Assembly (NCBI GenBank): GCA_951406725.2
Contig: OX597817.1
Location: forward strand, 124,372,001-124,436,000
Origin: Octopus vulgaris
Taxonomy: Eukaryota
Length of the DNA: 64,000 bases
Reading direction: 5' to 3'
Position numbers and translations under genes: made by a program. The notes below the pieces were generated by a model. The model was given only the letters and a program-made list of their open reading frames with translations. It did no database searches and had not been told where the DNA came from. Positions 11,886 through 25,107 of this stretch are shown piece after piece (positions within the stretch are counted from its first letter, which is position 1; the number at the start of each line of letters is the position of its first letter).

Positions 11886-14244
11886 ATTGTTTATAATGCT
11901 GCTGTAGTCTTCAGAATCTTTATCCATCAAACCTGTAGGCAAATGAGAAGTCTGACTTTGTCTTCTTTCCAAAACAATAACAGCGCCTGAAATACTTGGG
12001 TCTTGCTAACTGGAAAAAAAAATGCTATTTGAATTCAAAATATTTCTATGTGAAGCTGTGTAATCCAATGTGAAGATACACTTTGAATAGTTAAAAATAA
12101 CGACAAAGTTTGTCTTTTTATTATGGAGAAATACGCTACCTTATGTAATCTAAAAAGCCAAATCAGAATGTTTCCTCACATGAGCTACCAAACTGGAGAA
12201 TGTTGCAACAAAGCTGTGTATTTAGCATCCATATCTTTACACAAAATCTCTGAAACATATGGAGGCTTTTTGAATGTAATTCTGTGTGATTGATACACTT
12301 TACATCATCATCAAATAGATTCTCTAATTGATTAATTTTCTTTTGTATGCTGCTTATTTTTTTATGCAATCAATGCTTTTCTGTGAATAATGTGGTGCAC
12401 ACTGAGGTAGAGGATAAAAATATTTTTCATGTGCATAGCTACACTTCACAGAATACCGATCATTGCTGATGCTCCATCAGTAGTTAGGGAAACACATTAG
12501 TGCTAGGGAATTACGGCTTTAGCAAGGAAATCCGCAATGCTATTGAAATAAATTAGCCTCCACAATAGTTTCATCTCCAACATCAAAACAACATAAGGTA
12601 ATGTTTAGCTGTATTACGTATGTCATTAGAAATAGCTGGAAAATTCCTACAATGGAAAAAGCAGTGCACAATTAGTTATGTCATTGCTTTTATCCATTCA
12701 CATGCCATAGCATGATGTATTTCATAACTTGAACAAGACTTGTTCTTTTAAATTTTTAGCACAAATCATCAGCTCTTCATCTTGTGCTGACCAAAGGAGT
12801 AATAGAATTTTCTTCTCAATATTCCATTTTTATTACAGAGCTTCTCTGCTACTTTAAGAAGACTTGGCTTGATTATGGTTTTACTTTCTGTAAATAGCTG
12901 CTTTTGTTTAAGGATGAGATTGGTAAAAGAAAGGAAAAAAAAATGGAGAAGATGGCAATTATTCTTTGGAGTAAAATTTCTTTGTATGATTTTCCAGCAC
13001 CTGCTAAAAATAAATGTGAGATATATTCACAAATTAAGGATATTTTTGAAAATGGCTTTTCAACTTGGCAAGTGCTAAGTTTTATTTTATAAGATATTGA
13101 TAGCAAACAAGGCATTTTACATTAGGATAAGTCTTATTCTTTTGATCTTCAAGCAAATATGCAGTGAAAGCTGAGTAATAATACTTCCACTTTCTCTATT
13201 TACATACTTTTCTGGTTGAGTGTATTTTATCCAGCATAGATTTATCCATCAGAGAGGGCTATTTACCATGAGGTAAATTTCCAGCATTTTCTTTTTTCTG
13301 TTCAGGTTCCAATTGTATAGTAACAGTTTCTTTACATAGTTCTGATTGACATTGTTCAATGATTGCTTCTGCACTTACACTAGTTTCTACATTATGTATT
13401 TTCGATACATTGAGCATAATTTTTTTTTTAACTTGGACGTTTTGTTATGAGATGTATTCTGAAAAAAGAAATTTGAAAAAAATGAACAAATACGTTATGA
13501 ATTCAAAAATAAAGTGTTTCTCTTTTGTTCCATTTGGTATGAATGGAAAAAGTATCAGTAAATATAATGTTTAGCAAAGAAATAACAAAAAAATATTTTG
13601 ATAAAGCTTGAACATTTATTTTTGAAATTCAAGAACTTATTTTCAGTACATTACCAGATAATAACATAAGCAAATATTACCATTTATTGTGCAGTAGTGA
13701 TGTACGATATATGAATGGAATTATTCACAAAAGCTGGTGTGCTTCTGGCCCAGAGGTACAGTGCATGAATGACTATTATCAATATCATTGGATCAGAGCT
13801 AAAAAATTTTATAAGGGTAATTTGAATATATTAACTATTGAAATAACCACACAGTTTCTCTGTACACCGTATACTGACTAGAAGTTTCAGTTTTCTGCCA
13901 AACATGTACTGTAAGTTAAGTTTGACTACTGAAATAAACTAAGATTTACTAACAGAAAATTATCTTTAAACATAAAAGAAACTTAGAAAAAAGAAAATGA
14001 GAATTATTACATTTCTAAGTCAAGTCTGATTAAAATATAATGCAAGTAATAAAAAAAAGGTAATATGATCAAATAGATTTATTTTATTTTGTGTTTTTAG
14101 TAAATATATATTTCAAACATAATTTTGTTTCTTTTCTTTATCACAACTATTGTATGTTTTATGATGTCCAGAGAGAAGAAATGGTTTGACATTGTTCACA
14201 AAACATTTTTGTCAAAACTGCACTGTTTTTCTATTTATTTATTA

Positions 14245-14510
14245 ATATCATTATGATAATATCTGACAGACTCAACATGTTGCTGGAGGTGTAATAAATG
14301 TACCAGCTGTTCACTTCTTGTGAACCAATGTGGTATGTTCATTTCTGGCTTTGAGGACATGGCAGAGACTCCTTGCATTGTTAAGCAATGCAGTTTTGAA
14401 AATGAGTTCTACTTTCACTGTATTTTCTTACCTGTCATTTTCTAATCTCTTTTTCAGTTCCTTTAATTACCAACAGCACAAACAATTATTGGCCTAATAT
14501 ATACATTCTT
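14245..14510 (-). mobile_element. Degraded R4/Dong-clade LINE 3' end
   Basis: IRPIIVCAVG...KTALLNNARSLCHVL plus 3' UTR agtgaacagctg...tacacctccagc shared with copy at 14966-15550. Confidence 0.7.
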
Positions 14511-14519
14511 TTTCTTTTC

Positions 14520-14534
14520 CTTCTTCTTCTTCTT

Positions 14535-14600
<66 letters not shown>
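14520..14600. repeat. (TTC)n(TTA)n microsatellite
   Basis: Direct reading. Confidence 0.95.
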
Positions 14601-14906
14601 GAGTGAGAGAGCAGTGCATGCCATCAAAGTGACACTGGGGTAAAATATACGAAACCCAGTATACCCATCATGACTACTCGTCTGATAAGGGTACACCAGG
14701 CACATGTATCACAACAATATGTGTGCGACATGGTGATCTCATATCAAGACAAACTGCGCATGACCTTGCGGGTGGGGCCCAGTTAGAATTTAGGTCCCTG
14801 AATAAGGATTGTTTAAGGATGTTGAATGAACCAGCCATATTTCCAAAGGTGAATTATTCAAACCTCCAAGAATTCCTTTCAACACACGATTATGATGCTT
14901 CCCCAC

Positions 14907-14908
<2 letters not shown>
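14562..14908 (-). mobile_element. Unclassified (AAT)n-tailed retroposon
   Basis: GC-richer non-coding segment ending gcactgctctctcactc(aat)n on minus strand, sandwiched between ATT arrays. Confidence 0.55.
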
Positions 14909-14955
<47 letters not shown>

Positions 14956-14965
14956 CATTATTATT

Positions 14966-15546
14966 TTACAGTCTTTGCACAGCTTCAAAAGCTGGAGATG
15001 TACTACATTGTCAGCTGTTCACTACCAGTGTACTAAGGTAACACCATTTATTTATTTTTTTTTTTTGAGCACCATCATGAGTATTCAAGTGGTTCCAAGC
15101 AGTGCTGTTTTCTGCTAATGTTCCACCCTTATTGCAGCACCTATTTGCTCCATGAATTTCTCAAGATTTTTACTCACTGTCCCCAGAGCTCAGACAATTA
15201 TTGGTACTACTGCTACCTTTTACATTAACCACAACTGCTTAACTTCCCAAGCTAACCTGTCATATCTATCAACTTTTCTTTCTTCCTTATCGCATACCTT
15301 CTTGCCAGCTGGACATGCTATATCCATGATCCAGCATTGTCTGCTTTCTTTCTCAATTTACACTATGTATGGTTTCTTATTCTATATCTTATGGTTGCAC
15401 TGAATTATAAAATCCCATAGAATCTTTGCATTATCATTTTCGATGATGCCTTCAGGTTTATGCTCGTACCACTTTTTTACTCTACCAAGTCCATACTTGT
15501 TGCAAAGTGTTCAATGGTCAGTCCTTGTTATGTTGTCATGACGTCT

Positions 15547-15550
<4 letters not shown>
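14966..15550 (-). mobile_element. 5'-truncated R4/Dong-clade LINE (restriction-like endonuclease domain)
   Basis: KRRHDN...KWYEHKPEGIIENDNAKILWDF...KPYIV...WIMDIACP...VVPIIV*ALGTV...QKTALLGT with stops; (AAT)n tail. Confidence 0.9.
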
Positions 15551-15604
<54 letters not shown>

Positions 15605-15979
15605 ACAACGAAAATATGTGTGCATTTGTGTGTGTGTCTGTTGGGATGTATCTTACCTGTGAGACTCTTAAATGGGAAGTTTAGAGCCTATTTAAGTCTT
15701 ATTGCTAAGTCTTTCACATTCACTATAACATAAACATGCAGTAACTGTAATGAAGTATATGATATGGAGATGATTTCTAAGTGAATATTGGATTAGTAAT
15801 TTTGATGTATCGCAGATGAAATTGAAAATTGTGTATTTGCTCTAACTGTGAAAATTTATCACAATCATTTACAAAAATTTAATAATTTGAAATTTTGGAT
15901 GTGTTCTTGCCAAGCAAGTGATTTGGTTTGATATCATGTGTTGAAACTAAAACGATTGCACCTTAGAAGAGACATACCA

Positions 15980-16152
15980 GTCATCCAAAAGCACAAAAAG
16001 ACTGTTAACTTCACTTAAACATAATTACTAGGTGTCAAAATCTACTGCTGTAGAATAATGCCAGTGACTAGTTGTAGTTGGTGCTACAAAAACTTTGACA
16101 CCAAATAATAAATGTTTAAGTGAAGTTAAGTCTTTGTGTGTTTTTGAATGAC
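15980..16152. repeat. Inverted repeat with ~60-bp arms
   Basis: gtcatccaaaagcac...aacttcacttaaacat...ggtgtcaaa pairs with tttgacacc...atgtttaagtgaagtt...gaatgac. Confidence 0.8.
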
Positions 16153-17451
16153 CAATAATTTGAAAATACCAACCATTTCCAACATATAATGTGTGTAATA
16201 GCAACTGCAAAAATACTTTTTTGATGCATATGTGTGACATATAGCTAGCTTGTCAATTACAGTTATCACTGAAAGTGTGACGAGGATGAAAGTAAAGAAA
16301 GGTAGTTTGACATTCGATGTGAATGCCCGAGAGTTAAAATGTATTCTTGTGGTTGTTTCAGTCTGAAAGTAAGTCACCAACATCTAAAAATGAACTCTAT
16401 ATTTACTCACATTGTGAAGTTAAGTTGATGATTTGATGTTGCAGAAGTCATAAAATGCCAACCAGAACTTTCAAAACCAGATTCTCTGTCACTTGTCATA
16501 GATAACAATGTGGATTGTAATAAGAACAATGGGTAAACAAGGCAGAGACCTACTATAAACAAATCAAGGTTGGCATGGTTTCTTTTTACAAAAGTATCAT
16601 ACATATAGTCACATAATCTCTCAATATTCTAGATATCAAATCATTAAAGGATCCTCTAAATGGTCGCACAACCTGCTACAAATACAGATAAATTCTAGAG
16701 AGATGAAAGACAGTAGTATTTTCATTTTGAAATGATGCAACAGAATATTGTTTTTCAAATGTTTGCACAAGAACAGCAATTTCAGGGGAGGAGTAAGTCA
16801 GTCACATCGTCCCCATTGTTTAACTGCTACTTATTTCATCGACCCAATTGGCAAAGTCGAGCTTGTTGGAATTTGAACTCTGAATGTAAAGACGGACAAA
16901 ATGTAGCTCAGCATTTGGCCAGGTGTGTTAACGATTCTGCCATCCACCTCCTTTGCCATCTCACTGCCTTGAATATTGCAAGAGAATTCAGCACCTCTTT
17001 ACAAAGATTATACTCATTAAGAGAATTATTACTTATACCATGTGCTTTATTTTCATGATATCGGCAGATATATTTACCTGTTATCCCAACTCAGCTTTGG
17101 TCAAGGTTTGCCTTCTTGTTGTAACATCCAGTCTTTTCAGACAAAATTCATCTTAAGACTTATGAACAAAAGTTACTTCTACCTTGTGAAATGCTTTCAT
17201 CATATCTTTCTTATCTCTCCTTTTGCTAGAATGTTTTCTTCTTCTTCTTCTTCTTCTTCTTCTTCTTCTTCTTCCATAATGTAAATAAAATGATGCAATT
17301 GATAGCCCCTTGGTTGCTTCATATTTAAGAGAATCAGTTAAGTCAAAATATCAGCTATTTAAGAATACTAAGGACTACATAGTTGAAACAATACAAAGAA
17401 AGAGAAAGAAAAGGAAATTTCACTAAATGCATAAAGGTTATATGATACAGT

Positions 17452-17760
17452 GAAGGTGCGTGGTTTAGTGGTTAGGGTATTTGGCTTACAATCATAAGGT
17501 TGTGAGTTCAATTCTCGGTGATGTGTTGTGCTCTTCAGCAAGACAATTTATTTCACATTGCTCCAGTCCACTCAGCTGGCAAAAATGAGTAGTACCTGTA
17601 TTTCAAAGGGCCAGCCTAATCTCACTCTGTACCACACTGAATCTTGTTGAGAACTACATAAAGGGTACACATGTCTGTGGAGTACTCAGCCACTTACACA
17701 TTAATTTCACAAGCTGTCTGTTCAATTGATTGGACCAACTGGAACTTTCATTGATGTAAC
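17452..17760 (+). mobile_element. SINE family D
   Basis: Colinear with 3925-4243. Confidence 0.9.
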
Positions 17761-18109
17761 TTAATATTTAATTATCTAACAAAAAATTGACTCCCAGCAA
17801 GACAATCCTCCCCGTGCAATAGAAACAAACAACCAGCTTATCTTAGATTATATAATCCAATATGCCTTCAGTTCTTTTTTCCTTTATGTTCTTTTTTAAA
17901 GAAAGTATAGTCGGAGGGTTTATTTGCCTGCTTTGTTAGCAAATCAAGTGACCACAATGACGTTGTCTCATTTCGTTTTCTTCCATTTTCTTTTAAGATT
18001 TTTTATCAATCAGCTGTTTCAGTCATTGGACTGCAGCTCTTTAGCGATTTTAGTTAAACAAATTGACTCCAATACTTATTGTTTTAAAGCCTGGTATTTA
18101 TTCTATCAT

Positions 18110-18785
18110 CAGCATTATCATCATCATCATTTGACGGCTGCTTTCCATGCTAGCATGGGTTAGACGATTTGACTAAGGACTGGCGTTTCTACAGCTGGAT
18201 GTCCTTCCTAACACCAACCACTCCAAGAGTGTAGTGGGTGCTTTTATGTGCCACCGGCACGATGGCCAGTCTGATGGTACTGGCAAAGGCCATGCTTGAA
18301 ATGGTTTTGTTCACGTGCCACCGGCACAAGTGCCTGTAAGGCAACGCCGGTAACAATCACGCTCAAATGGTGCTTATGGCCATGCTCAAAATGGTGTTTG
18401 TTTTCTACGTGCCACCTGCACAGAAGTCAGTCCAGCGGCACTGGCAATGACCTCACTCGAATCTTTTGTTCATCTGCCAGTAAGGCGATGCTGGTAATGG
18501 TGCTTTTTATGTGCCACCGGCACGGTAGCCAGACAACCGCTCTGGCAGTGATCCCACTCGGATGGAGCTGTTAACGCTCCACTGGCATGGGTACCAGTCA
18601 TCGAATTTGGTTCAATTTCAATTTGACTTGCCCTGACAGGTCTTTGCAAGCAGATTTTTGTGTCCAATGAAGGGAGGATGGCATGGGTGCCAGTCGTCGA
18701 ATTTGGTTCAGTTTCAAATTCAATTTCAATTCCACTTGCCTCAACAGGTCTTTGCAAGCAGAGTTTTGTGTCCAAAGAAGGGAAT
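18110..18785 (-). mobile_element. SINE/retroposon family C with internal tandem modules
   Basis: (GAT)n tail, ccatgctagcatgg palindrome, repeated ggcacgtaaaaagcacc modules, ~95-bp tandem duplication at 18584-18785. Confidence 0.85.
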
Positions 18786-19509
18786 ATTTTCACTTCACTG
18801 TGTTATGGCGATGTAATCAAACTGACACTGGTTGTCAACCTTGATGAAGGACAAACTCAAATGCAAAGATACACATATATGCACATGCACACACACACAT
18901 AAAGAAGGCTTCTTTTAGTTTCTTTCTATCAAATCAACACACAAGGCTTCGGTCAGCCTGGGGCTATAGCAGAATGTGCAATGCAGGGGGACTGAATATG
19001 GAACCACGTGGCTGAGAAGCAAACTTCTTACCTCACAGCTATGCCAGAGGTGAGACAGACAGACAGGTAACTAATAAAAGAAATGGAGAACAATTAGTCA
19101 TTAATATGTGATTTCTATAACACAGTCAGTTTGTGTAAGTTTTAGTTATTTCATTTCAGTACTATGATTAACGATGTAGAATTAGAGGTTGACAAATTAA
19201 CATTATTTAGTTTAAATATTAATTTCTTCCATACACAGACATACGTAAGTGTGAGAAATGATATTGTATAATATTCACACTTTATTTCAGTGTTCTTATG
19301 TCCAATTAACATTGTCTAAACTGTTAGAAATTTCAGCTAAACTCCTCCTGAATTTATACATTTTCTGATATAGTTTCTGATATACAAAATTTAGTATGGT
19401 CATTACTAAAACGTCTTCATTCATAAGGTTGCCTCAATAAGGGGATGAGCAATAACTTGGATGTACTGGTGTTGTTGAATTTAACATGAAAGTAAAATAG
19501 TCTTTGATA

Positions 19510-19922
19510 GGCGTAGGAGTGGCTATGTGGTAAGTAGCTTGCTTACGAACCACATGGTTCCAGGTTCAGTCCCACTGTGTGGCACCTTGGGCAAGTGTTT
19601 TCTACGATAGCCTCGGGCCGACCAAAGCCTTGTGAGTGGATTTGGTAGACAGAAACTGAAAGAAGCCTGTCGTATATATGTATATATGTATGTATGTATG
19701 TGTGTGTATGTGTTTGTGCATCTGTGTTTGTTCCCCCAACATCGCTTGACAACTGAATCTGGTGTGTTTACGTCCCCGTAACTTAGCGGTTCAGCAAAAG
19801 AGACCGATAGAATAAGTACTAGGCTTACAAAGAAAACGTCCAGGGGTCGATTTGCTCAACTAAAGGTGGTGCTCCAGCATGGCCACAGTCACATGACTAA
19901 AACAAGTAAAAAAGTAAAAGAG
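19510..19922 (+). mobile_element. SINE family A, full length
   Basis: ggcgtaggagtggctatgtggtaag head to gtaaaag tail. Confidence 0.95.
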
Positions 19923-20080
19923 ATAGTTAACTGCACTAACATGCTCTGGTCAAGGCATAGAATGCAACCCACAATAGTATATGCTGGTTTACCCACATTG
20001 CATCATGTTGGTTCCATACCCCTTTGAGCAACATCGAATTCACTCATTCATTCACAAACACTCTCCAAGCTTTCCTATCA

Positions 20081-20486
20081 TTTACTCTTTAACTTGTTTC
20101 AGTCATTTGACTGCGGCCATGCTGGAGCACCACCTTTAGTCGAGGAGCAAATCGACCCCGGGACTCATTCTTTGTAAGCCCAGTACTTATTCTATCGGTC
20201 TCTTTTGCCGAACCGCTAAGTGACGGAGACATAAACACACCAGCATCGGTTGTCAAACAATGCTAGGAGGACAAACACAGACACACAAACACACACACAC
20301 ATATATATATATATACATATATACGACGGGCTTCTTTCAGTTTCCGTCTACCAAATCCACTCACAAGGCTTTGGTTGGCCTGAGGCTATAGTAGAAGACA
20401 CTTGCCCAAGATGCCACGCAGTGGGACTGAACCCGGAATCATGTGGCTGGTAAGCAAGCTACTTACCACACAGCCACTCCTGCGCC
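20081..20486 (-). mobile_element. SINE family A, full length
   Basis: Reverse complement of 19510-19922. Confidence 0.95.
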
Positions 20487-21023
20487 GATGCATTTATAAG
20501 CATCTAAAATAATTAGGTACAGCATGATATATATATATAGTAATAAGTCTGTCTTTGATTCTGTGAGTGAGAGCTAATAGATATAGAAATAAGTTACAGA
20601 CTAGTATTTTGGATAGTACCACTCTGTTTGGAAAGTGTATAAATTTGAAACTGCTGGTTGAGACTGAGACAATTCCATTATGGAAGAAAATCCTTTAAGC
20701 CATCTCAGAACAAACAAAATCAGAATTTTTCATCTACCCCTGCATCCACTCATTCAACTCTCGTCTACCCCCACTCGAAAGAATGCAGTGAAATTATGCT
20801 AGTGATTAAGGCTGCAGATTTACAACAAAAATATTTTGACACTTTGTAAAAGAGAGAGCGAGAGAGAAAGAGAGAGAGAGAGAGAGAGGGGGGAGAGGGA
20901 AAGAGAGACTATATTATTAAGTCTCAAACAAAAACTGGATGCATGTTTTTGTGCATTCTTAAATGTCTAAAATTAGTTTTCCATGATGCAGTTATATTAA
21001 CAAGATTTATCTAAAAATGAATA

Positions 21024-21072
<49 letters not shown>

Positions 21073-21704
21073 ACACACACACATACACACATACATACAC
21101 ACACACACTCATACTTACACAGATTAAGTTCAAATTCGTTTTCTCTGATATGCTGAAGACAAAATAATACTTTGTATACAATTATACAATATATATATAT
21201 ATATAATTTTTTTTTATTTACTTTGTATTTTTAATCATTTTGACTATATATTCCTTTTCTATAAGCTAATATACAACTACTGCATCTTGTGTTAATGAGC
21301 TTCGTAAAAATAAACATTTGAGCAGTTCATTAGGAGTAAAGTTCTACTTATTTATATTTGCTCTTGGCCAAATAATAACCTAACCTCAATCTAACTCTGT
21401 TTATTATTGCTGTTGTTGTTGTTGTTATTATTATTATTATTATTATTGTTGTTGTTGTTGTTGGTGATATTTATAAATCACTAGAGATAAAACAGCCAGC
21501 CTCATTAACACTTAACGTATCTTTTTGCCAAAATGCTGCAATAATATTTTCAAATACATTCTTCATTTCATTAAAAGATAAAATGAAAAATAGCCTTCCG
21601 GTTGTAGTGTTCATATTATACCAGCCAACTCAACAACTTAAGTTTAAACTGGTTTTGGTTTTGTTGTCTGAAGTTTCAGTACATAAACCTAATATAGTTA
21701 CAGT

Positions 21705-22075
21705 TGCTTGATCTTAAATTTTGATTCTGATATATAGATGCCTAGAAATTGCAGATTTGCAAGACTTTTACCAATAAACTGTATTCCAAAATTAATTTTG
21801 ATTAATAACTTTACATTCATTTAATCTTAAATTTTGTTTCTGCAGTTTTAGTACAGTTGTCTTGAAAATGGAGATTTTTAACCTTTATCAGTAGACAGAA
21901 TTACGAAAGTAACCTTGATTAACATTTCACAGTTGTTTACTCTTCAATTTTGGTGATAGAGTATTAGTGAAGAGGCTGAGAAATTGCAAATTTGTAACCT
22001 TTACAGATTGTCAGAATTATGAAATTAACTTTGATTAACATCTTTGCAGTTTCTTAATATTCAATTTTGATTCCT
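21705..22075. repeat. Degenerate ~116-bp tandem repeat, about three copies
   Basis: tcttaaattttg-like anchors at ~21712, 21825, 21941, 22059; recurring gaaattgcagatt and aattaactttgattaa. Confidence 0.7.
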
Positions 22076-22369
22076 TAGTGCCATCCGTATACAATATATT
22101 TACATAGGCATTTTAACTGCTTAAACAAGCCATCATAGGCGTGGGAAGTTAGTCTTCCAAATTAAAGTATTATTTTCAATAAAAATATCCAATAATAATA
22201 GGAACTTTAAAAGTTTGATTAAATTCGTTTGTATATATAGTATTGCCTAAACTACCACTATGCAAGAAAAGATTATATATTGGTCTTTTAAATTGTTTTC
22301 TCTCTCTTGCAGCACACACAGGCACAGACACACACAGAGACACACACACACACACACACACACACAAAT

Positions 22370-22755
22370 CATCATCATCATCGTTTAATGTCCGTTTTCA
22401 ATACTAGCATGGGTTGGACAGTTCAACCGGGGTCTGGGAAGCCAGGAGGCTGCGCCAGGCTCCAGTCTGATCTGGCAGTGTTTCTACAGCTGGATGCCCT
22501 TCCTAATGCCAACCATTCTGTGAGTGTAGTGGGTGCTTTTTACGTGCTACCGGCAGAGGGGCCTGAGGAGGCTTGCAATGGCCACAATCAGCTGGTGCAC
22601 TTTACATGCCACTGACATGGACGCCAGTCAAGGTAGTGCTGGCACCGTCCACATTCGGATGGTGCCTTTTACGTGCCACCAGCACAGGTATCACAAATAC
22701 AACTTCCATTTGATTTTTATTTTGTTGTTGATGTACTTGACTCAATAGATCTCCT
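22370..22755 (-). mobile_element. SINE/retroposon family C
   Basis: catcatcgtttaatgtccg tail, ctacagctggatgcccttcctaatgccaacc segment. Confidence 0.88.
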
Positions 22756-22757
22756 CA

Positions 22758-22942
22758 AAGGGGGAGAAACTAGAATTAGTTGATAGCTTCCACTACCTAG
22801 GTGACTAAGTTAGTAGTGGGGGTAGATGCTCAGCGAGTGTTACCACTAGAATAAGAATAGCCTGGGCAAAGTTTAGAAAGCTTCTACGCCTCTTCATGAC
22901 AAAGGGTCTCTCGCTCAGAGTGAAAGGTAGATTGTACAACGC
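22758..22942 (+). mobile_element. RTE-clade LINE reverse transcriptase fragment
   Basis: GEKLELVDSFHYLGD*VSSGG...RIRIAWAKFRKLL...LSLRVKGRLYNA. Confidence 0.85.
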
Positions 22943-25107
22943 ATATATATATACATACATATTTATACACACATGCACACATATATGTATATATATATAT
23001 ATATATTTACATACACTCATCAACGTCATCATTTAGTGTCCATTGTTCATGCTGGCATGGGTTGGATCATGTGACCAGAGCTGGCAACCTGGGGGCTGCA
23101 CTAGACTACCACTGAAAACACGAGGCATGGATGTGCTATTATGTGATGCTGTTGAGCAAGATAACGTATGGGAGAGAGGTGAGTCAGTCTACATTTTCCA
23201 TCTTGTGATGTACTTGCCAGTCTACATAAATTATGACTGTCTATATTACACACATACATGCACACGTGCACACACATATGCACACACACAGAGGATATAT
23301 ATATATATATATGTGAACATATATATGTGTGCATATAAACAAATTACAATGCTTAATGTAAATGTCTGCCAAAGAGAGAATTCACCAGACATATGTACTG
23401 CTATGCAATTATGTACATTGAAAATGTGACTTTAATGAAGAGAGCAAATATTCCCCTCACACATCATCAGACTTACCTCTAACAAATTTAAAACCAGATT
23501 TTACCATCACTGATATACAGTTCAGAATTCTGACAAGAGAAACGCCATTTCTGTATCCTGCCATATTTATGATCTTTGTGTTAACTATACACTGTAAGAG
23601 CTATAATATAATATTGTTGCTCAAAAAACATAACTACCATTATGGTGTAGATCTCAGCCTTGTAAAGTACATAGAACTGAAAATTTCCACATATTACCCA
23701 ACAAAAATCTGAACTCATTACCTCCTACAAATGCAACATTTTCAAGTCTTACTTCAGCCACAAACGTATCCACTACCCAAGAAAGTAAGATGTGTTTGTC
23801 TCTTCCATACATTTCTACACATAACATTCTACACTAGTGGTGAGCTCTACATGCCTTCCAAATATAAATTGATTGTAATCCTTGCTACATACGTGCATAC
23901 AAAAATTCATAGACACTAAAAATGAGTGCCAAACTTTCCAGCACCACCTTCAATTCATATGTACTTATTAAAGAAAATGCTGTACAAACATATTCAGTAC
24001 TTAATGACAATAAGCAAATTAGAAACTGACCAACTATGAAATGAAAAACAGTTATGTAAAATATCTGTGTATCATGCATATCCCAACGAAAACAAAAGAT
24101 ATATGTATAAGTAGGAGATACATACAAACCCAAAAGGATATAACAGTACACAATCATAGAAAAACATGTGCTTACACACACAAACTCACATAAAAATGCA
24201 CAAGCGACAGATATTACAATGGGAAATTAAGTCAAGAGACACTAAAATTATGCACAATGATCACTGTCACTCAAACTGAGTATCTACTCTCTCAACTGTA
24301 CCTTCACTTGATCTGAATGTATCAGAAACACATAACAGACACATGGGTACATTAGTAAAGGCTTTGAAAACTCAACAGGCACAGGGTCACTATACTTTGA
24401 AATAGAACATAAAAATATCAATACATCGTATTCAGGAAAAACAAATACAAGCACTTGCACGTGAAAAAATACAAACACACACACACACACACACACACAC
24501 AAAACTCACACTCTAAAACACACAAGCAAACCTTGTCCCTATACACAAATACAGACACTCTATAACATACATACACACACATATATACACACACGCATGT
24601 ATGTTCACACACACAAACATACAATAAAAAAAACTGTCATGGTGTATTTTAGTTTCTGTGATGGTAATTCGTTAATTTTACTCCCTCTTGTATTGTCTTA
24701 TTTTTGGTTACTTCATTCACTTACCTCTTTCATAACTCAGGTGGGCTGACATATGCACACACAACAAACACATTCACACATAAACTCAAGTGCTCACTCA
24801 CACATACACAAACACACGCTGAGGTGAAATCATAAGAATTCCTCCATGCTAGTGAATTCCAGATCTGAAATTTTCAGCAGGTGCCAGCATATGGACAGAT
24901 TTCTTTTGGTGAACTGGAGGGTACCACCCTACCTGGATTGAGCAGTTGTGATGCAGACTTTGGACCACTCTCCTTTAAATAATTCTACGAGGACTAGCTT
25001 TATGGTTTTACAACAAAAAGGGACATAACACTAATTTTCTTTTTCTTTTTTTTCCTTTTTATTCACTCTTCCACTTCATGTATCTACTTCTCACACACAC
25101 ACACACA

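Larger units (their letters stand above)
10125..13300 (-). pseudogene. Fossil hAT (Buster/Charlie/SPIN-like) transposase, interrupted by a mariner
   Basis: Motifs in correct order on minus strand across frameshifts: KCLVC...LAKLKSHF, KQLFTESKTIIKPSLLKVAEKLC, MDKSNDITNCA, CVSLTTDGASAMIG, HHIIHRKALIA, FCEKRFSLMTQIKSE. Confidence 0.85.

Noticed and set aside
14270-14332. Cys-rich apparent exon STCCWRCNKCTSCSLLVNQC with ag/gt borders
   Set aside because: It is the antisense of an R4/Dong 3' UTR that also occurs at ~14970-15040
19510-19585. tRNA gene
   Set aside because: A/B-box-like head of a SINE; no complete cloverleaf and it continues into SINE body in every copy
23422-23712. Stop-free frame of about 96 codons without a start
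   Set aside because: No homology signal or convincing splice sites; length attainable by chance in six frames of 64 kb
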